Assembly: GCA_032718475.1 (NCBI GenBank)
Contig: JAUCBJ010007173.1
Location: 62,001 to 126,000 of the forward strand
Origin: Nemertoderma westbladi
Lineage: Eukaryota > Animalia > Xenacoelomorpha
Reading direction: 5' to 3'
Length of the DNA: 64,000 nt
Position 1 is the stretch's first letter. Every line of letters begins with the position of its first letter. The notes under the pieces are model-generated. The model was given only the letters and a program-made list of their open reading frames with translations. It was not told where the DNA came from and made no database searches. Shown here piece by piece: positions 34,091-45,774 of the stretch. The position numbers were made by a program, and so were the translations under genes.

Positions 34091-35294
34091 TGTACGCGCT
34101 TTTGAAGACCTTTAGCAGTTTAACCTGCCAAAATTTATATGTCTTTTGGTTTATAAATAGACTTTAGAAGTTGACAAATATTTAATACCAATAAACACAA
34201 CATTAGCAGAAGCCAGCCTAGTGCGCGTCCATTCACCCCCTGGATATACCCGGGAGACTGGATTCTGAGGGCTTAGATTATTATTGCAGTGTAAGCTTAC
34301 TGTATTATTCGATTGATCGTTAATAAATAATTTCTGACTAATATTATTCACTTTCGGGAAATATTAACAGTTCCTTTAGGACGTGGCGCTCTATCTAGGT
34401 AAACAGAGATATGACTTATACTAATCACAACGGTAAGTCGGTAAGGCTTATGATTCACGTATGAGGCGCATTCTTTAGGAAATGCTTAGTTATCAGCCAC
34501 AATCATGCACACTACCGGTAACGCACAATACGGCACAATAATCTGCCGACCGTCAATGAATTTTATCATATATAAAGAGAACAGCAATTGACTCATGTAG
34601 TGCCTATCAAATAGCATTAAACTCACTACAAACCACGATAATATAAGTCGCAATCGCTATATGTAACCTGTCTCTCTAACCTGTAGTGTATCAAGAAAAT
34701 TGGGAAATTTGGGTTCTTTATAGATGTTCTCCAAATAATATTCAACCGACTGATACAAAATATGACAACAGTAAAAAGCATTAAGACGGTATGTTAAGTT
34801 ATGATATGAACTGATAACAGTTATACGCTCTATAATCTTAAGCCTACTAATGTTTCTTCTAAAGTCTGAAACGAATTGACTCTAGAGCCGGTGTTCCTGG
34901 CCTAGATAGAAACAACAAAACTATAACAAGAACTCTCTGACTCTAACACCGTTGCAGGTATCTTTTTACACAGAGAGGAATAGCTCTCATTGGCAGAACC
35001 CCAGATTCCACAGGTTCCACGAATATCTAAATGCCGAACTATCAGGATTTTTGCAGCCCTTGGCCAACACACAAAATGAGTCACTCCGCTCGGTTGCCCT
35101 GGTTGCATACTCTGCTGCTATAGCTCTGGTTGGCCGATAGAACATAGTAAAGAGCCCCTCGTATAACAAATCAGCCAATCAGCCGGTCGCTTTGCATCAT
35201 TCGAGTTAGAGAGCTTTTTAGAGTATTCCAGCGCCTGGGGGGGAACTGGATTGCAAAGCAAAAGGGCCAGTTATATCCCACAGAAGCTTTTACA
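34091..35294 (-). repeat. 5' LTR of element B
   Basis: Direct repeat of 23405-24608, flanked by TSD TCATC. Confidence 0.95.
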
Positions 35295-35547
35295 TCATCC
35301 GAGTTTCAGGTGTTAATCATTTTCCACCGACTGTCCCGTTAGACTGTTTAATTCCAGTCTAGTCTGATCTACCCACCGACTGTCCAGTCAGACTGTTTAA
35401 TTCCAGTCTAGTCTGTTTGTCCCATCGATTGAATTAACGTCTCTGTCATTCATTATCATTGCATGAAACTGTTCTTATTGTTGTCATATCGATTTCTACA
35501 GTAGGGGGTAAAACAAAAGCGTATTCAAAACAGGCGTCTAGATCGCA

Positions 35548-38500
35548 ATGCCAAAGCGGTGCTGCCAATGCCAGTACTCAAAGAGAGCTGGCGGCCGTTG
35601 CAGCAGGACCTCGAGGTGCAGTTGTCAGTGTCGCGGGCGACCGTGTGACAGCTGCGTCTTGCTGGATGAAGGGAGGTGCGACAACCCATGGAATCCCACC
35701 TGCAGCTCGGCTTCCCAACCAGTGATGTCGTCGCTGTCCCTCCCATCCTTGGTTCTCCCTATTTCCCTCTCGCAGCCCAACCCAGCAATTAATGAGGATT
35801 TTGACTCTCAGGATGAAACCTTGTGCCCTGACCCCCTTGATGACTCATTCCATTCAATACCAGGGGAGGATAACTTTATACATGATCTCCCAGGTCAGTC
35901 GGGTCCCCAGGGTCAGCCGGGTCCCCCAGGTCAATCGGATCCCCCATGTCAGTCGGGTCCCCCAGGCCAGCTGGGTCCCCTAAGTCAGCTGGGCCCCCCA
36001 GGTCAGATGGGTACCCTAGGTCAGTTTGATCGCCCTGGTCAGTTGGGTCATCCAGGTCAGTCGGGTCGCCAGGGTCAGCCGGGTCCCCCAGGTCAATCAG
36101 GTCCCCCAAGTCAGTTGGGTCCCCCAGGCCAGTTGGGTCCCCTGAGTCAGTCGGGTCCCCCAGGACAGTTGGGTCCTCCAGGTCAGTTGGGTCCCCCAGG
36201 CCAGTCGTGTCCCCAGGGTCAGCCGGGTCCCCCAGGTCAATCAGGTCCCCCATGTCAGTTGGGTCCCCCAGGCCAGCTGGGTCCCCAGAGTCAGTCGGGT
36301 CCCCCAGGACAGTTGGGTCCCCCAGGACAGTTGGGTCCCCCAGGACAGCCGGGTCCCCCAGGACAGTCGGGTCCCCCAGGACAGTTGGGTCCCCCAGGAC
36401 AGTCGGGTCTCCCAGGTCAGTCGAGAGCCCCAGGTCAGTTGTGTCCCCCAGGACAGTCGGGTCTCCCAGGTCAGTCGAGAGCCCCAGGTCAGTCGGGTCC
36501 CCCAGGTCAGACGAGTCCCCCAGGTCAGTCGGGTCTCCCAGGTCAGTTGAGAGCACCAGGTCAGTTGGGTCCCCCAGGTCAGATTAGTCCCCCAGGTCAG
36601 TCGGGCCCCACAGGTCAGTCGGGCCCCACAGGTCAGCTGGGTCCCTCAGGTCAGTCGGAACCCCCATGTCAGTCGGGTCCCCCAGGTCAGTCGGGTCTCC
36701 CAGGTCAGTCGAGATCCCCAGGTCAGTCGGGTCCCACAGGTCAGCTGGGTCTAACAGGTCAGTCAACGGGTCCCCCGGGTCAAATGGGTCCCCCAGGTCA
36801 GTTGGGTCCCCCAAGTCCGGTGGGCCCCCAGTGTCAGATGGGTCCCCCAGGTCAGTTGGATCCCCCAGGTCAAATGGGCTCCCCAGGTGAGTTGAGCTCC
36901 CCAGGTCAGTCTGGGCCCCCAGATCAGTTGGGTATCCCAAGTCAGATGGGTACCCTAGGTCAGTTTGATCGCCCAGGTCAGTTGGGTCCCCCAGGTCATG
37001 TGGGAACCACGGGTCAGTTTAGTCACCCATATCAGTCGGGTCCCCCAGACCAGCCAGGTCCCCCTGTTCAATCAGGTCATTCTGATCCCCCAAGCCAGTC
37101 TGGTCACCCAGGACAGCCAGGTCATTCAAGTGCCCCCGCAAGTCAGTACTGTCCGTCTGGCCAGCCTGGCTCCCCAGCCATGGGTCCGTCGGGTCCCCCT
37201 TCTCCATCCATGGGTCAGTCAGGTCACCCAACATCAGTCACGGGTCAACCGGGTCCCCCACCATCAGTCATGGGTCAGCCAGATCCCCCAACTTCATTCA
37301 TGGATCAGTTGAGTCCCACCACACCAGTCATTGGCCTGCTGGGTCCCACAATGTCAGTTCTGGATCAGCCGAGTCCCCTAACATCAGCCATGGTTCAGCC
37401 CGGTACCCCAACTACAGTTACAGTTACAGATCCACCTGTAACGGATCCCACAGACACAGAACCCTCATCAATGGGTCCCACTGGACAATATCCCATGACT
37501 CAGCGCTGCTGTAATTGTTCCACACATATGTGCGACGCTTCTAGCCGCTGTGGGTGTGCAAAAGGGCGACGTCCTTGCCAAAACTGCCACCCAGGTGCAG
37601 AGGGCAAATGCAGGAACCCCCTGTCCCAGGTTATAAATCCTCCGGCAGCTTCCTCATCTTGCAGTCCATCAACCACGGTGTTTTTGGAATCCAGTTTTGG
37701 TGGTCCTTTCCTGAACTGCCCTGGCTCATCAACAGATCCAGTGTGGGAGGCTCGTCATGCAAGCCTCGCAAAGCTCCCCAGCCGTCGCTATATTGTCCCT
37801 GGAGGTAACGTCGGTCGTAAGGTCTGTGATATCTTGTCCACCGAGGTAGAACACCTAACAAGGGGAGTTTTCCCATCTGAGCGCATCCTTTGCTGCATAG
37901 CAGTAGTCTTCCAACGTGACCCTGACACATCAAAGAGCCCCGATATCCGCAGATCAGTTCTACGACGTTTGGAATCCTGGCAACACGGCGATTTTGATGC
38001 CCTAGTTGCAGAGGCCCATAGGTGCAGTTCTAAATTCCCAACCCAATCTAACAAAGTTCCCCAGAATTCGGCTAAACAATTCAACCGCAAAATCCTTGCT
38101 GGGATGAATCGATCAGCAGTTCGCACCATAACCGATCGTGAGGGAGGTGGGGTTCTTCTTCCAGATGATCAAGCTGAGGGTCAGCCTCCTGGCATATCCA
38201 ATCGAGATGTCCTCTCCAGGAAACATCCGGCTCAAATGCCCCTCAGTTCTGACGCCTTCAAGACAGGTACACATACAGCCCTTCCTCCATTTGAGGGAGT
38301 GGATATCACCGGCTCAATTATCCTAAAGATATCGCGATCTCTAACAGGGAGCGCAGGCCCCATAGGTGGTGACGCTGAGCTCTGGCATACACTTCTCACT
38401 CGCTATGACTCCCATAGTTCCCATCTCCGTGAATCAGTGGCCGGACTAGCCCGTCGTTTAGCCAATAACATCGTACCATGGGGAGAGATCCGTGCACTCC

Positions 38501-40599
38501 GTGCTTGTAGGCTTATAGGTCTTGACAAGCAGCCTGGTGTTCGGCCTATAGGAATTGGCGAAGTCCTGTACCGCCTGCTTGCCAACTGCATCGCATCAGT
38601 AACAAAGGAAGATATCTCTCAGCAGTGTGGCGCTGACCAACTATGTGCAGGCACAAAGGCAGGTATTGAGGGAGCAGTCCATGCGATGAATGCCATATTC
38701 GAAGAAGATTCAACCGAGGCGCTACTATTAGTTGATGCAAAGAATGCATTTAATGCAATAAGTCGCCCAGTAGCACTTTGGAATTGTCGGCAATACTGGC
38801 ACAGGGCATCTAAGTTTCTCTATAATGCATATAACGGCCATGCAGCCCTCTATATGCTAGGCAGTGACGCACCACTCTGGAGTCAGGAGGGATTCACCCA
38901 GGGTGATCCTCTGGCTATGCTTGGGTATGGCTGTGCAACACTACCACTTATTCGCAACCTCCGTGCAGTCCCGGTTCTGGCCCAACCTTCACACCCTCCA
39001 CAACAAACCACCCCGCAAACAAACCTGACATTACCAGCACCGGCCCCATCACAACGCCAATCATGGTATGCTGACGACTCCTCTTCAGCAGGGTCACTCA
39101 CAGGAGTCTTTGAGTGGTGGACCGAGCTACTCAGACAGGGACCTCATATAGGGTATAACCCAGAACCTACAAAATCCATCCTAATAATTAAACCCGGTCT
39201 CGAAGAGGCAGCCAAAACGCTGTTTGGTCCCAGTGGGGTCCAGGTGGTTTTAGGCCACCGTTATCTGGGCGGCTTCATTGGGGATGAGTCAGCACGCAGG
39301 GAGTTTGTCGCAGGCAAAGTAGAGGGCTGGGTATCTAGCATCAAAAAACTTTCAGAGGTTGCCAAGGACTTCCCCCAAGCCGCCCACACCGGGATGTCCC
39401 GGTGCGTGCAAGCTGAATGGGATTTTCTTTTAAGAGTTGCCCCAACAGTGGAAGAAGATATTGCCCCCATCCGCACAGCACTGATTCAGGACTTTGTCCC
39501 GTCCTTGTTTGGTACTGCACACAGTGTCATCGAGAGGGATCTTGCCCTCCTACCCGTACGCCATGGTGGGATTGGTCTGCGGGACCCCCTTAAGAGAGTC
39601 GGTCCTGCCCGGACTGGCTCGGTATGCGCGTCAGCTCTTGTTACTGAAGCAATCTGCACCCAAAGCCCTCTAAATACAGCAAATCATGCTGCACACCTCC
39701 GAAGTGTATTGCAGGAAAGTCGCATCCATCAGGAAGAGGCCTATAAACAGCAACGGGAGTCTGTGGTCTCATCGCTGCCTGCGGCTCGGAGGAGGACTGT
39801 CGAGCGTGCAGTTAAATACAAGATCGGGGGGTGGTTGACAGCACAGCCATCAGTTCTGGACCACACCGATCTGAGTCCCGACGAGTTCAGAGATGGGTTA
39901 GCCCTTCGTTACGGCCTCACCCCACCAGCTACTCCAGACAAATGTGAAGGGTGTGGGGGTGTCTTTACAACCTCCCATGCCTTGAGCTGTAAAACCGGAG
40001 GGCTTGTGATCAAACGACACGACGAGGTTCGCGAAGTCTTTGGCCAGCTAATGGCTGAGGTGGTTGGTCCTTCCTGTGTGGAGCGAGAAGTGACACTCTC
40101 CCGGGGTCATACCAATCGTGAGGGCCTTGAAGTTGGAGGTGTTCGGGCAGATCTGGTGGCTCGGGGTATCTGGTCAAACCAACGTGTGGCGTCTTTTGAT
40201 GTTGCGTTAATTAACGCTGACGCCACATCATATACACAGACCAACCGGTCCACCACGTCAATCCTTGAAGCTCGCTGCCATGTAAAGAAGGAACACTACC
40301 GCTCGATCTGCGAAGCCCGACGGATGGAATTCACCCCCCTCGTCGGAACAACAGATGGGGTCTGGTGCGATGAGACGCAGATTCTGATCCGTCACCTCGC
40401 TGAGTCACTGGTTAGCAGGAGAGAAGGAATGCGAGAGAGAGGACTAGGATGCATCCTCGGAGGAATTCGCCGCCGGCTCCAGTTTGCGTTGGTGCGGTCT
40501 AGCTCCCTATGCATCCGGGGTGGACGACGCAGTTGGCGGGGCTTGGGGTTTGGTGATGGTGCGGGGATCAGAGGCCCAGACCTCTCTGAGCGTGGCTAA
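35548..40599 (+). CDS. CRE-clade retrotransposon protein: Cys-rich motif, collagen-like repeat, second Cys-rich motif, RT, CCHC finger and restriction-like endonuclease
   Basis: [40 protein letters not shown]; CEGC...HALSC, RHDEVR, RADL, KKEHY; uninterrupted 1683 codons. Confidence 0.93.
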   Translation: MPKRCCQCQYSKRAGGRCSRTSRCSCQCRGRPCDSCVLLDEGRCDNPWNPTCSSASQPVMSSLSLPSLVLPISLSQPNPAINEDFDSQDETLCPDPLDDSFHSIPGEDNFIHDLPGQSGPQGQPGPPGQSDPPCQSGPPGQLGPLSQLGPPGQMGTLGQFDRPGQLGHPGQSGRQGQPGPPGQSGPPSQLGPPGQLGPLSQSGPPGQLGPPGQLGPPGQSCPQGQPGPPGQSGPPCQLGPPGQLGPQSQSGPPGQLGPPGQLGPPGQPGPPGQSGPPGQLGPPGQSGLPGQSRAPGQLCPPGQSGLPGQSRAPGQSGPPGQTSPPGQSGLPGQLRAPGQLGPPGQISPPGQSGPTGQSGPTGQLGPSGQSEPPCQSGPPGQSGLPGQSRSPGQSGPTGQLGLTGQSTGPPGQMGPPGQLGPPSPVGPQCQMGPPGQLDPPGQMGSPGELSSPGQSGPPDQLGIPSQMGTLGQFDRPGQLGPPGHVGTTGQFSHPYQSGPPDQPGPPVQSGHSDPPSQSGHPGQPGHSSAPASQYCPSGQPGSPAMGPSGPPSPSMGQSGHPTSVTGQPGPPPSVMGQPDPPTSFMDQLSPTTPVIGLLGPTMSVLDQPSPLTSAMVQPGTPTTVTVTDPPVTDPTDTEPSSMGPTGQYPMTQRCCNCSTHMCDASSRCGCAKGRRPCQNCHPGAEGKCRNPLSQVINPPAASSSCSPSTTVFLESSFGGPFLNCPGSSTDPVWEARHASLAKLPSRRYIVPGGNVGRKVCDILSTEVEHLTRGVFPSERILCCIAVVFQRDPDTSKSPDIRRSVLRRLESWQHGDFDALVAEAHRCSSKFPTQSNKVPQNSAKQFNRKILAGMNRSAVRTITDREGGGVLLPDDQAEGQPPGISNRDVLSRKHPAQMPLSSDAFKTGTHTALPPFEGVDITGSIILKISRSLTGSAGPIGGDAELWHTLLTRYDSHSSHLRESVAGLARRLANNIVPWGEIRALRACRLIGLDKQPGVRPIGIGEVLYRLLANCIASVTKEDISQQCGADQLCAGTKAGIEGAVHAMNAIFEEDSTEALLLVDAKNAFNAISRPVALWNCRQYWHRASKFLYNAYNGHAALYMLGSDAPLWSQEGFTQGDPLAMLGYGCATLPLIRNLRAVPVLAQPSHPPQQTTPQTNLTLPAPAPSQRQSWYADDSSSAGSLTGVFEWWTELLRQGPHIGYNPEPTKSILIIKPGLEEAAKTLFGPSGVQVVLGHRYLGGFIGDESARREFVAGKVEGWVSSIKKLSEVAKDFPQAAHTGMSRCVQAEWDFLLRVAPTVEEDIAPIRTALIQDFVPSLFGTAHSVIERDLALLPVRHGGIGLRDPLKRVGPARTGSVCASALVTEAICTQSPLNTANHAAHLRSVLQESRIHQEEAYKQQRESVVSSLPAARRRTVERAVKYKIGGWLTAQPSVLDHTDLSPDEFRDGLALRYGLTPPATPDKCEGCGGVFTTSHALSCKTGGLVIKRHDEVREVFGQLMAEVVGPSCVEREVTLSRGHTNREGLEVGGVRADLVARGIWSNQRVASFDVALINADATSYTQTNRSTTSILEARCHVKKEHYRSICEARRMEFTPLVGTTDGVWCDETQILIRHLAESLVSRREGMRERGLGCILGGIRRRLQFALVRSSSLCIRGGRRSWRGLGFGDGAGIRGPDLSERG
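35893..37290 (+). repeat. Coding 18-bp repeat giving (G-Q-x-G-P-P)n, collagen-like Gly-X-Y
   Basis: Unit ggtcagtcgggtccccca; about 465 codons with Gly mostly at every third position. Confidence 0.92.
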
Positions 40600-40835
40600 G
40601 ATCATCGAAACGGTAACTAACGGAGTAACCAATGGGACGACAGCGGAAGCTAAACTCGCTGCCATTAACAAACTAAAGGAGACCCCGATGAGTGCTGACG
40701 AGACCGCATAGAAACTGAGAGTGAACGACTTAGATCCCATGTAACATAACATAACTTTTGTTCAGTAATCATCATTTTGTGCTTCGATATTTAATTATTT
40801 TCATAATTTCAATCATTTCTTATGCAATGTAACCA

Positions 40836-41228
40836 TTAATTAAAATTAATAAAATTAATTAATTAAAATTAATAAAATTAATTAATTAAAATTAATAAAA
40901 TTAATTAATTAAAATTAATAAAATTAATTAATTAAAATTAATAAAATTAATTAATTAAAATTAATAAAATTAATTAATTAAAATTAATAAAATTAATTAA
41001 TTAAAATTAATAAAATTAATTAATTAAAATTAATAAATTAAAATTAATTAAAATTAATAAAATTAATTAATTAAAATTAATAAAATTAATTAATTAAAAT
41101 TAATAAAATTAATTAATTAAAATTAATAAAATTAATTAATTAAAATTAATAAAATTAATTAATTAAAATTAATAAAATTAATTAATTAAAATTAATAAAA
41201 TTAATTAATTAAAATTAATAAAATTAAT
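40836..41228. repeat. 23-bp A/T satellite, right block
   Basis: Same unit and orientation as 22825-23055. Confidence 0.95.
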
Positions 41229-41369
41229 TCAAAATTTTCAAAAAAAATTGAAAAAAAATTTTTCAAAAAAGTGCTGGATAATTTTTCAAGATCTTCAGAA
41301 AAGCTTCAAACGAGCCATAAATTATCGAATTTGGGTGAAAAACGGTGGAGGAGTAGTATTTTGAAAAAT

Positions 41370-42320
41370 TGAAATAATAATTGAAATATTTAAATAATAA
41401 TTAATAATTTAAATAATAATTAAAAATTTAAATAATAATTAATAATTTAAATAATAATTAATAATTTAAATAATAATTAAAAATTTAAAAAATAATTAAT
41501 AATTTAAATAATAATTAATAATTTAAATAATAATTTAAATAATAATTAATAATTTAAATAATAATTAATATTTTAAATAATAATTAATAATTTAAATAAT
41601 AATTAATAATTTAAATAATAATTAATAATTTAAATAATAATTAATAATTTAAATAATAATTAATAATTTAAATAATAATTAATAATTTAAATAATAATTA
41701 ATAATTTAAATAATAATTAATAATTTAAATAATGTGACGGGATCCGAGAGGATCCCGGTTTATCCGGTGTCGTTTACGTACGCGTCCCCGCCGGGTGAAT
41801 GGAAATAGTTGTTGTTCCAGTGTCGTTGTTAATGATATAAAATACGGTATAGATAACAGTATAGATAACAGTATAGATATAGCACTTAATGATGGTAATA
41901 TACCGGTAATATGGTGACGGCGGTGATGGTCTTAACTGTCACCGTACTGCCGTGACTGTACTGGGTAACTGAATGAATTGGCACACGACCGGTAACATAT
42001 ATTGCACGGGTTGGCCATATCACGCTACTCAGCCGATGCCTGCTCCCCATTGGCTAGTAACCTACTTCACACCCTCTGCCCTGCGGGGGTGTTTCCCCCC
42101 CCCCCCCCCGCTGCTGTTGACCCCTATTGTGTGTGTGTTCTCTGGGGCCTATTGTCCCCGTTTACTGGGGTGACACGAGGTTGATTGGTAATCAACCTCG
42201 TGCTCCCAATATTGCTTAGAGGCGCTCTTTCCCACTTTATGGGGGATTTGGTGAGGCGGAATTGAATACGCTCACAAATAATAATTATTAATTTAAATAA
42301 TAATTAATAATTTAAATAAT
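41370..42320. repeat. 19-bp A/T satellite interrupted by a solo LTR
   Basis: Unit aataatttaaataataatt; resumes at 42277. Confidence 0.9.
41733..42276 (-). mobile_element. Solo LTR (544 bp) related to group A
   Basis: tgtgacgggatcc...gaatacgctcaca; TSD AATAA on both sides; shares cacgcgtccccgcc-like and ctcccaatattgctta blocks with the group A LTR. Confidence 0.88.
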
Positions 42321-42567
42321 TTTTTTTAGGTATATTATATAAATTATATACTGTATATATATATTTTTTTTTTAATAATTTCATAATTTAAATTAATAAT
42401 AATTTTACCCAAGGGGAGGGGGTACCCCCCCCCCCCCCCCCCCCCCCTTAACAGTAACCGAAGTTGTTTCCCTTGCTTTTTACCAAAAACGATTTAGACT
42501 TACCATAACCCCTATAGAGTTTAGACCAGTGAAGTCAAATCACAATTTTCAAAATTTATTGTCAAAA

Positions 42568-42822
42568 TTGATGTGTACCAACATCTGTGAGTACTCACAT
42601 TATTGGTGTGTACCAACATCTGTGAGTACTCACATTATTGGTGTGTACCAACATCTGTGAGTACTCACATTATTGGTGTGTACCAACATCTGTGAGTACT
42701 CACATTATTGATGTGTACCAACATCTGTGAGTACTCACATTATTGATGTGTACCAACATCTGTGAGTACTCACATTATTGGTGTGTACCAACAACATCTG
42801 TGAGTCTGTGACTCACATTATT
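42568..42822. repeat. 35-bp tandem repeat (~7 copies) containing the 14-bp palindrome tgtgagtactcaca
   Basis: gtgtacca at 42573, 42608, 42643 and onward. Confidence 0.93.
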
Positions 42823-43097
42823 CATTTAAATATTATTTTTCAATATTTGCTAGATGTGGATGGAGCCTAAAAAATATATGAAAAGGGAATATCAAAATTA
42901 AACGGGGAACTCGGCATTCAAATTTGAATTTATACTGTCTGCGGGGCGGGTACTGATTGGATAAATTCATCGTTTATTTTTGACATTCTTGTCGGCTTGC
43001 TATATATTTTGTATTCATAAATATCTAACGTTTATTGCAAGTTGCTACAAACCTGCCAGGAAAAACAGACATTCGCTCAAGAAATACTTTGTTGTCG

Positions 43098-43310
43098 CAA
43101 GATATTGAGCTTTTGTGTCTACACGATAGTCATTACTGGCTGTAAGATTGAGCTTATGTGCCTTACAAGATAGTCATTAGTGGCTGTAAGATTGAGTGTA
43201 TGTGCCTACACGATAGTCATCAGTGGCTGTAAGATTGGGCTTTTGTGCCTACATTAGTGGGTGTAAGATTGGACTTTTGTGCCTACACGATAGTCATTAG
43301 TGTAAGATTA
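43098..43310. repeat. Degenerate ~43-bp tandem repeat just upstream of the Ly6-like gene
   Basis: tgtaagattg at 43141, 43185, 43228; unrelated in sequence to the large 43-bp satellite. Confidence 0.8.
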
Positions 43311-43374
43311 GGCGCACATGATTGTAGGACCAAGTTTATCGATCACCAATTGGGCCTGCAACAAACCTAACATC

Positions 43375-44052
43375 ATGGATATTGAATATCTTCAAATGAT
43401 ATTGGTTGCTGTTTCTATAGTAACAGAGAAAGTTATAAAGGTGTCATCTATGGATTGTTTGCACTCAAATACCATGGTTACTTTTAGATCAACTCGCCCA
43501 GATATCTTGCCCGACGCACCATGGTTTGAAGAAAATCCAGGAGTCAATACAACGGGTTGTACTTCCTGTCGAGTGTTCTTCTCTCAATTGCCAGGATTGT
43601 ACTTCGTAAACAGTGAAGAGATCAAAGGTTTGGCGTACACCAGGGAACACACCTGCGTAACGGAGGAGCTCTGTGAGGACTTCTCCAATGAAGACGAATG
43701 TAGGGTGAGATGGAATGATTTTCATCCTCGAGGTGTAGAACCTCATGAGGATGATGGCTACACAGTCCGTGCCCAGGTGACACGTCCAAGTTGTCAGACA
43801 GTCTGTTGCAACGGGCCAGACGACTGCAACAAAGTTGAAGACCGAGAGTGGGAACACGACTACCTGTTTCCCAACGGGACCGTGGATTGGGCAGATCCGA
43901 CGTTTGATCCGGTTACAACAACCGAACCGGTTACAACAGTAACGTCAACCACAGCTGAGCCATACACAACGACATCAAGTTGGGCAAATAACCTCAATGG
44001 AGCTGTGGCTTCTGTTTTGGTGGCAGTAACAATTCATCTTATCTTCTACTGA
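43375..44052 (+). CDS. Ly6/uPAR (three-finger)-like secreted, probably GPI-anchored protein; intronless
   Basis: Hydrophobic N-terminus after MDIEYLQM (in-frame upstream ATG at 43318); 10 Cys ending CCNGPDDCN; Thr-rich stalk; C-terminal hydrophobic tail ASVLVAVTIHLIFY. Confidence 0.72.
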   Translation: MDIEYLQMILVAVSIVTEKVIKVSSMDCLHSNTMVTFRSTRPDILPDAPWFEENPGVNTTGCTSCRVFFSQLPGLYFVNSEEIKGLAYTREHTCVTEELCEDFSNEDECRVRWNDFHPRGVEPHEDDGYTVRAQVTRPSCQTVCCNGPDDCNKVEDREWEHDYLFPNGTVDWADPTFDPVTTTEPVTTVTSTTAEPYTTTSSWANNLNGAVASVLVAVTIHLIFY

Positions 44053-44317
44053 TTTTCAGTACATTGTGTGGTGGTGTTTTTTTTACCAGCTATACTATTA
44101 TTTTATATGTACAAACTTTCATGGTCATTATGTTATCTTCGCCTTCAAGTGGCAGATTGGAGAATTGCAGACGGATTGGCCCTCCTCTGATTAACACTAC
44201 TAATGGAACTGAAATTGTTAATAATGAAACTGAAAATTGTACACTAAGAAATCTTTTGGAGAAATCCTCAAAGTATATTATTCAAATCAAAACCTACCTT
44301 AACAAGGAAAAATGATC

Positions 44318-44323
44318 AATAAA
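44318..44323 (+). terminator. Candidate polyadenylation signal of the Ly6-like gene
   Basis: AATAAA ~265 nt after the stop codon. Confidence 0.45.
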
Positions 44324-44368
44324 ATGTAAATAAGTATTGGTACATCATGTTGGTATACTTTTATAATA

Positions 44369-44840
44369 GGCTCATTCGATTTAGTCGAGGTAGAATTAGT
44401 TGAGGTAGAATTAGTGGAGGTAGAATTAGTTGAGGTAGGCATATTCAAAACAAGAATTGAATGATTATTTCTTTAGATATTGTGTGAAAAGTTTATGCTT
44501 GCTCAACTTGACACAAGATATCAATCTATTGCACCCGCACATAAGTTTTGAGAAATATAATATCAAGAACTATTGACCTTACTATTGATTTTATGGTGTA
44601 AATACCCATCATAGCGGTCGAATGAGACCATTGTTTAGTATGTGAGCTAATTGGAAGCTAACGAATTGGAAACGAAAGTAACGAATTATTTTTAGTTAAC
44701 AAATGCCTATATGCATACGGTATCTCAAAATAATGTTGATTTGAACAGAACATTTTTGTGAAACATCTCGAGAGCTTTTCACTCTATTGTTTCTATGGTA
44801 TCAACACCTACTAAATTGATTACTGTGCATCGAATGAGCC
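44369..44840. mobile_element. MITE with TA-flanked TIRs
   Basis: ta|ggctcattcgat ... atcgaatgagcc|ta; internal gaggtagaattagt repeats. Confidence 0.7.
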
Positions 44841-44871
44841 TAGTTTCAAGCTCATACAACCATAAATAATG

Positions 44872-45756
44872 GGGCGTATACTAAATACCGTAGTGATCAC
44901 TTCGAAGTGGCACTACGCACTACGGGAAGTAAACACTTCGCAACAGCGAAGTGCCACTACGCTCGTAGTGCGTAGAGTTCTATTTCGTTCGTAAATAAAT
45001 TTAAGTGCCACTACAACTTCCGAAGTAATCACTACAGTAAAACTGCTTAATAAATCAGTACGCCTATATTGAACACATACTGATAATACTGAACAAAACA
45101 CACTGATGCTTCACTGATTATTCACACCTAATTCCAACTCATCTACAGTAATGACCATGATACACCACAGGGCCTTTATCTCCAAAACCGTAGAATTATT
45201 GGCCTACCCTGAACGTATTCCACACTATTCCATGCCAATAAAAAGTCTCTGTGTAATTTTCATTTTTTCATTAATTATCCCTCGCTGCGCTCAGAACTAA
45301 CATAAGGTGTATCCGGCACCGGAAATGAATCCAGAGTATGACTGATGACTATAATGACCAGGGGGGTGAGGGGGTTCGCAGTCCCAATTGAGTTATGATG
45401 ACCAGTGGACAGTGGGGTAGTAGAAAAAAATCGCTATTTTTGATGAGGGTAATACTTGAATGGCCCCAAAATCTCTTGAAATCTTAGTAAAAATAATACA
45501 GTATTCAAGTATCGTAGCCTCCTCTAGACAAAACTACGCAAAACTGTATGTAGTGTTCACTTCTATTTCAAGATTATTTAGAAACAAAATCGTAGTAATC
45601 ACTAAAGCACTACGAAGTATGCACCACGCACTTCGAAGTGATTGCTTTGCATTGAGCACTTCGTAGTGTAGTACCTGATTTAGCATGAGAATCGTAGTGT
45701 ATATATAGTGCAGTTTCTGTAGTGAACACTTCGAAGTGGCTATTTAGTATACGCCC
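44872..45756. mobile_element. MITE-like element with 16-bp TIRs and repeated cacttcgaagtg palindromes, probably with nested inserts
   Basis: gggcgtatactaaata (44872-44887) and tatttagtatacgccc (45741-45756). Confidence 0.65.
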
Positions 45757-45774
45757 TAGTATCAAACCATATAT

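Larger units (their letters stand above)
23405..35294 (-). mobile_element. BEL/Pao LTR retrotransposon (element B), pol deleted, with a nested group A fragment
   Basis: Two 1204-bp TG...CA LTRs with 2 differences seen; 5-bp TSD TCATC (23400-23404 and 35295-35299); PPT gggagcgg at 24609-24616; BEL gag. Confidence 0.93.
23116..40835 (+). mobile_element. Full-length CRE-clade non-LTR retrotransposon whose 5' region is interrupted by element B
   Basis: Single RT-RLE ORF; the same 23-bp satellite on both sides; the TCATC TSD of element B joins 23116-23404 to 35300 onward. Boundaries approximate. Confidence 0.72.

Noticed and set aside
35548-40599. Host collagen gene
   Set aside because: No signal peptide, introns or C-propeptide; the Gly-X-Y tract is in frame with RT and RLE domains.
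42568-42822. 35-bp palindromic repeat as CRISPR
   Set aside because: No spacers between copies; eukaryotic context.
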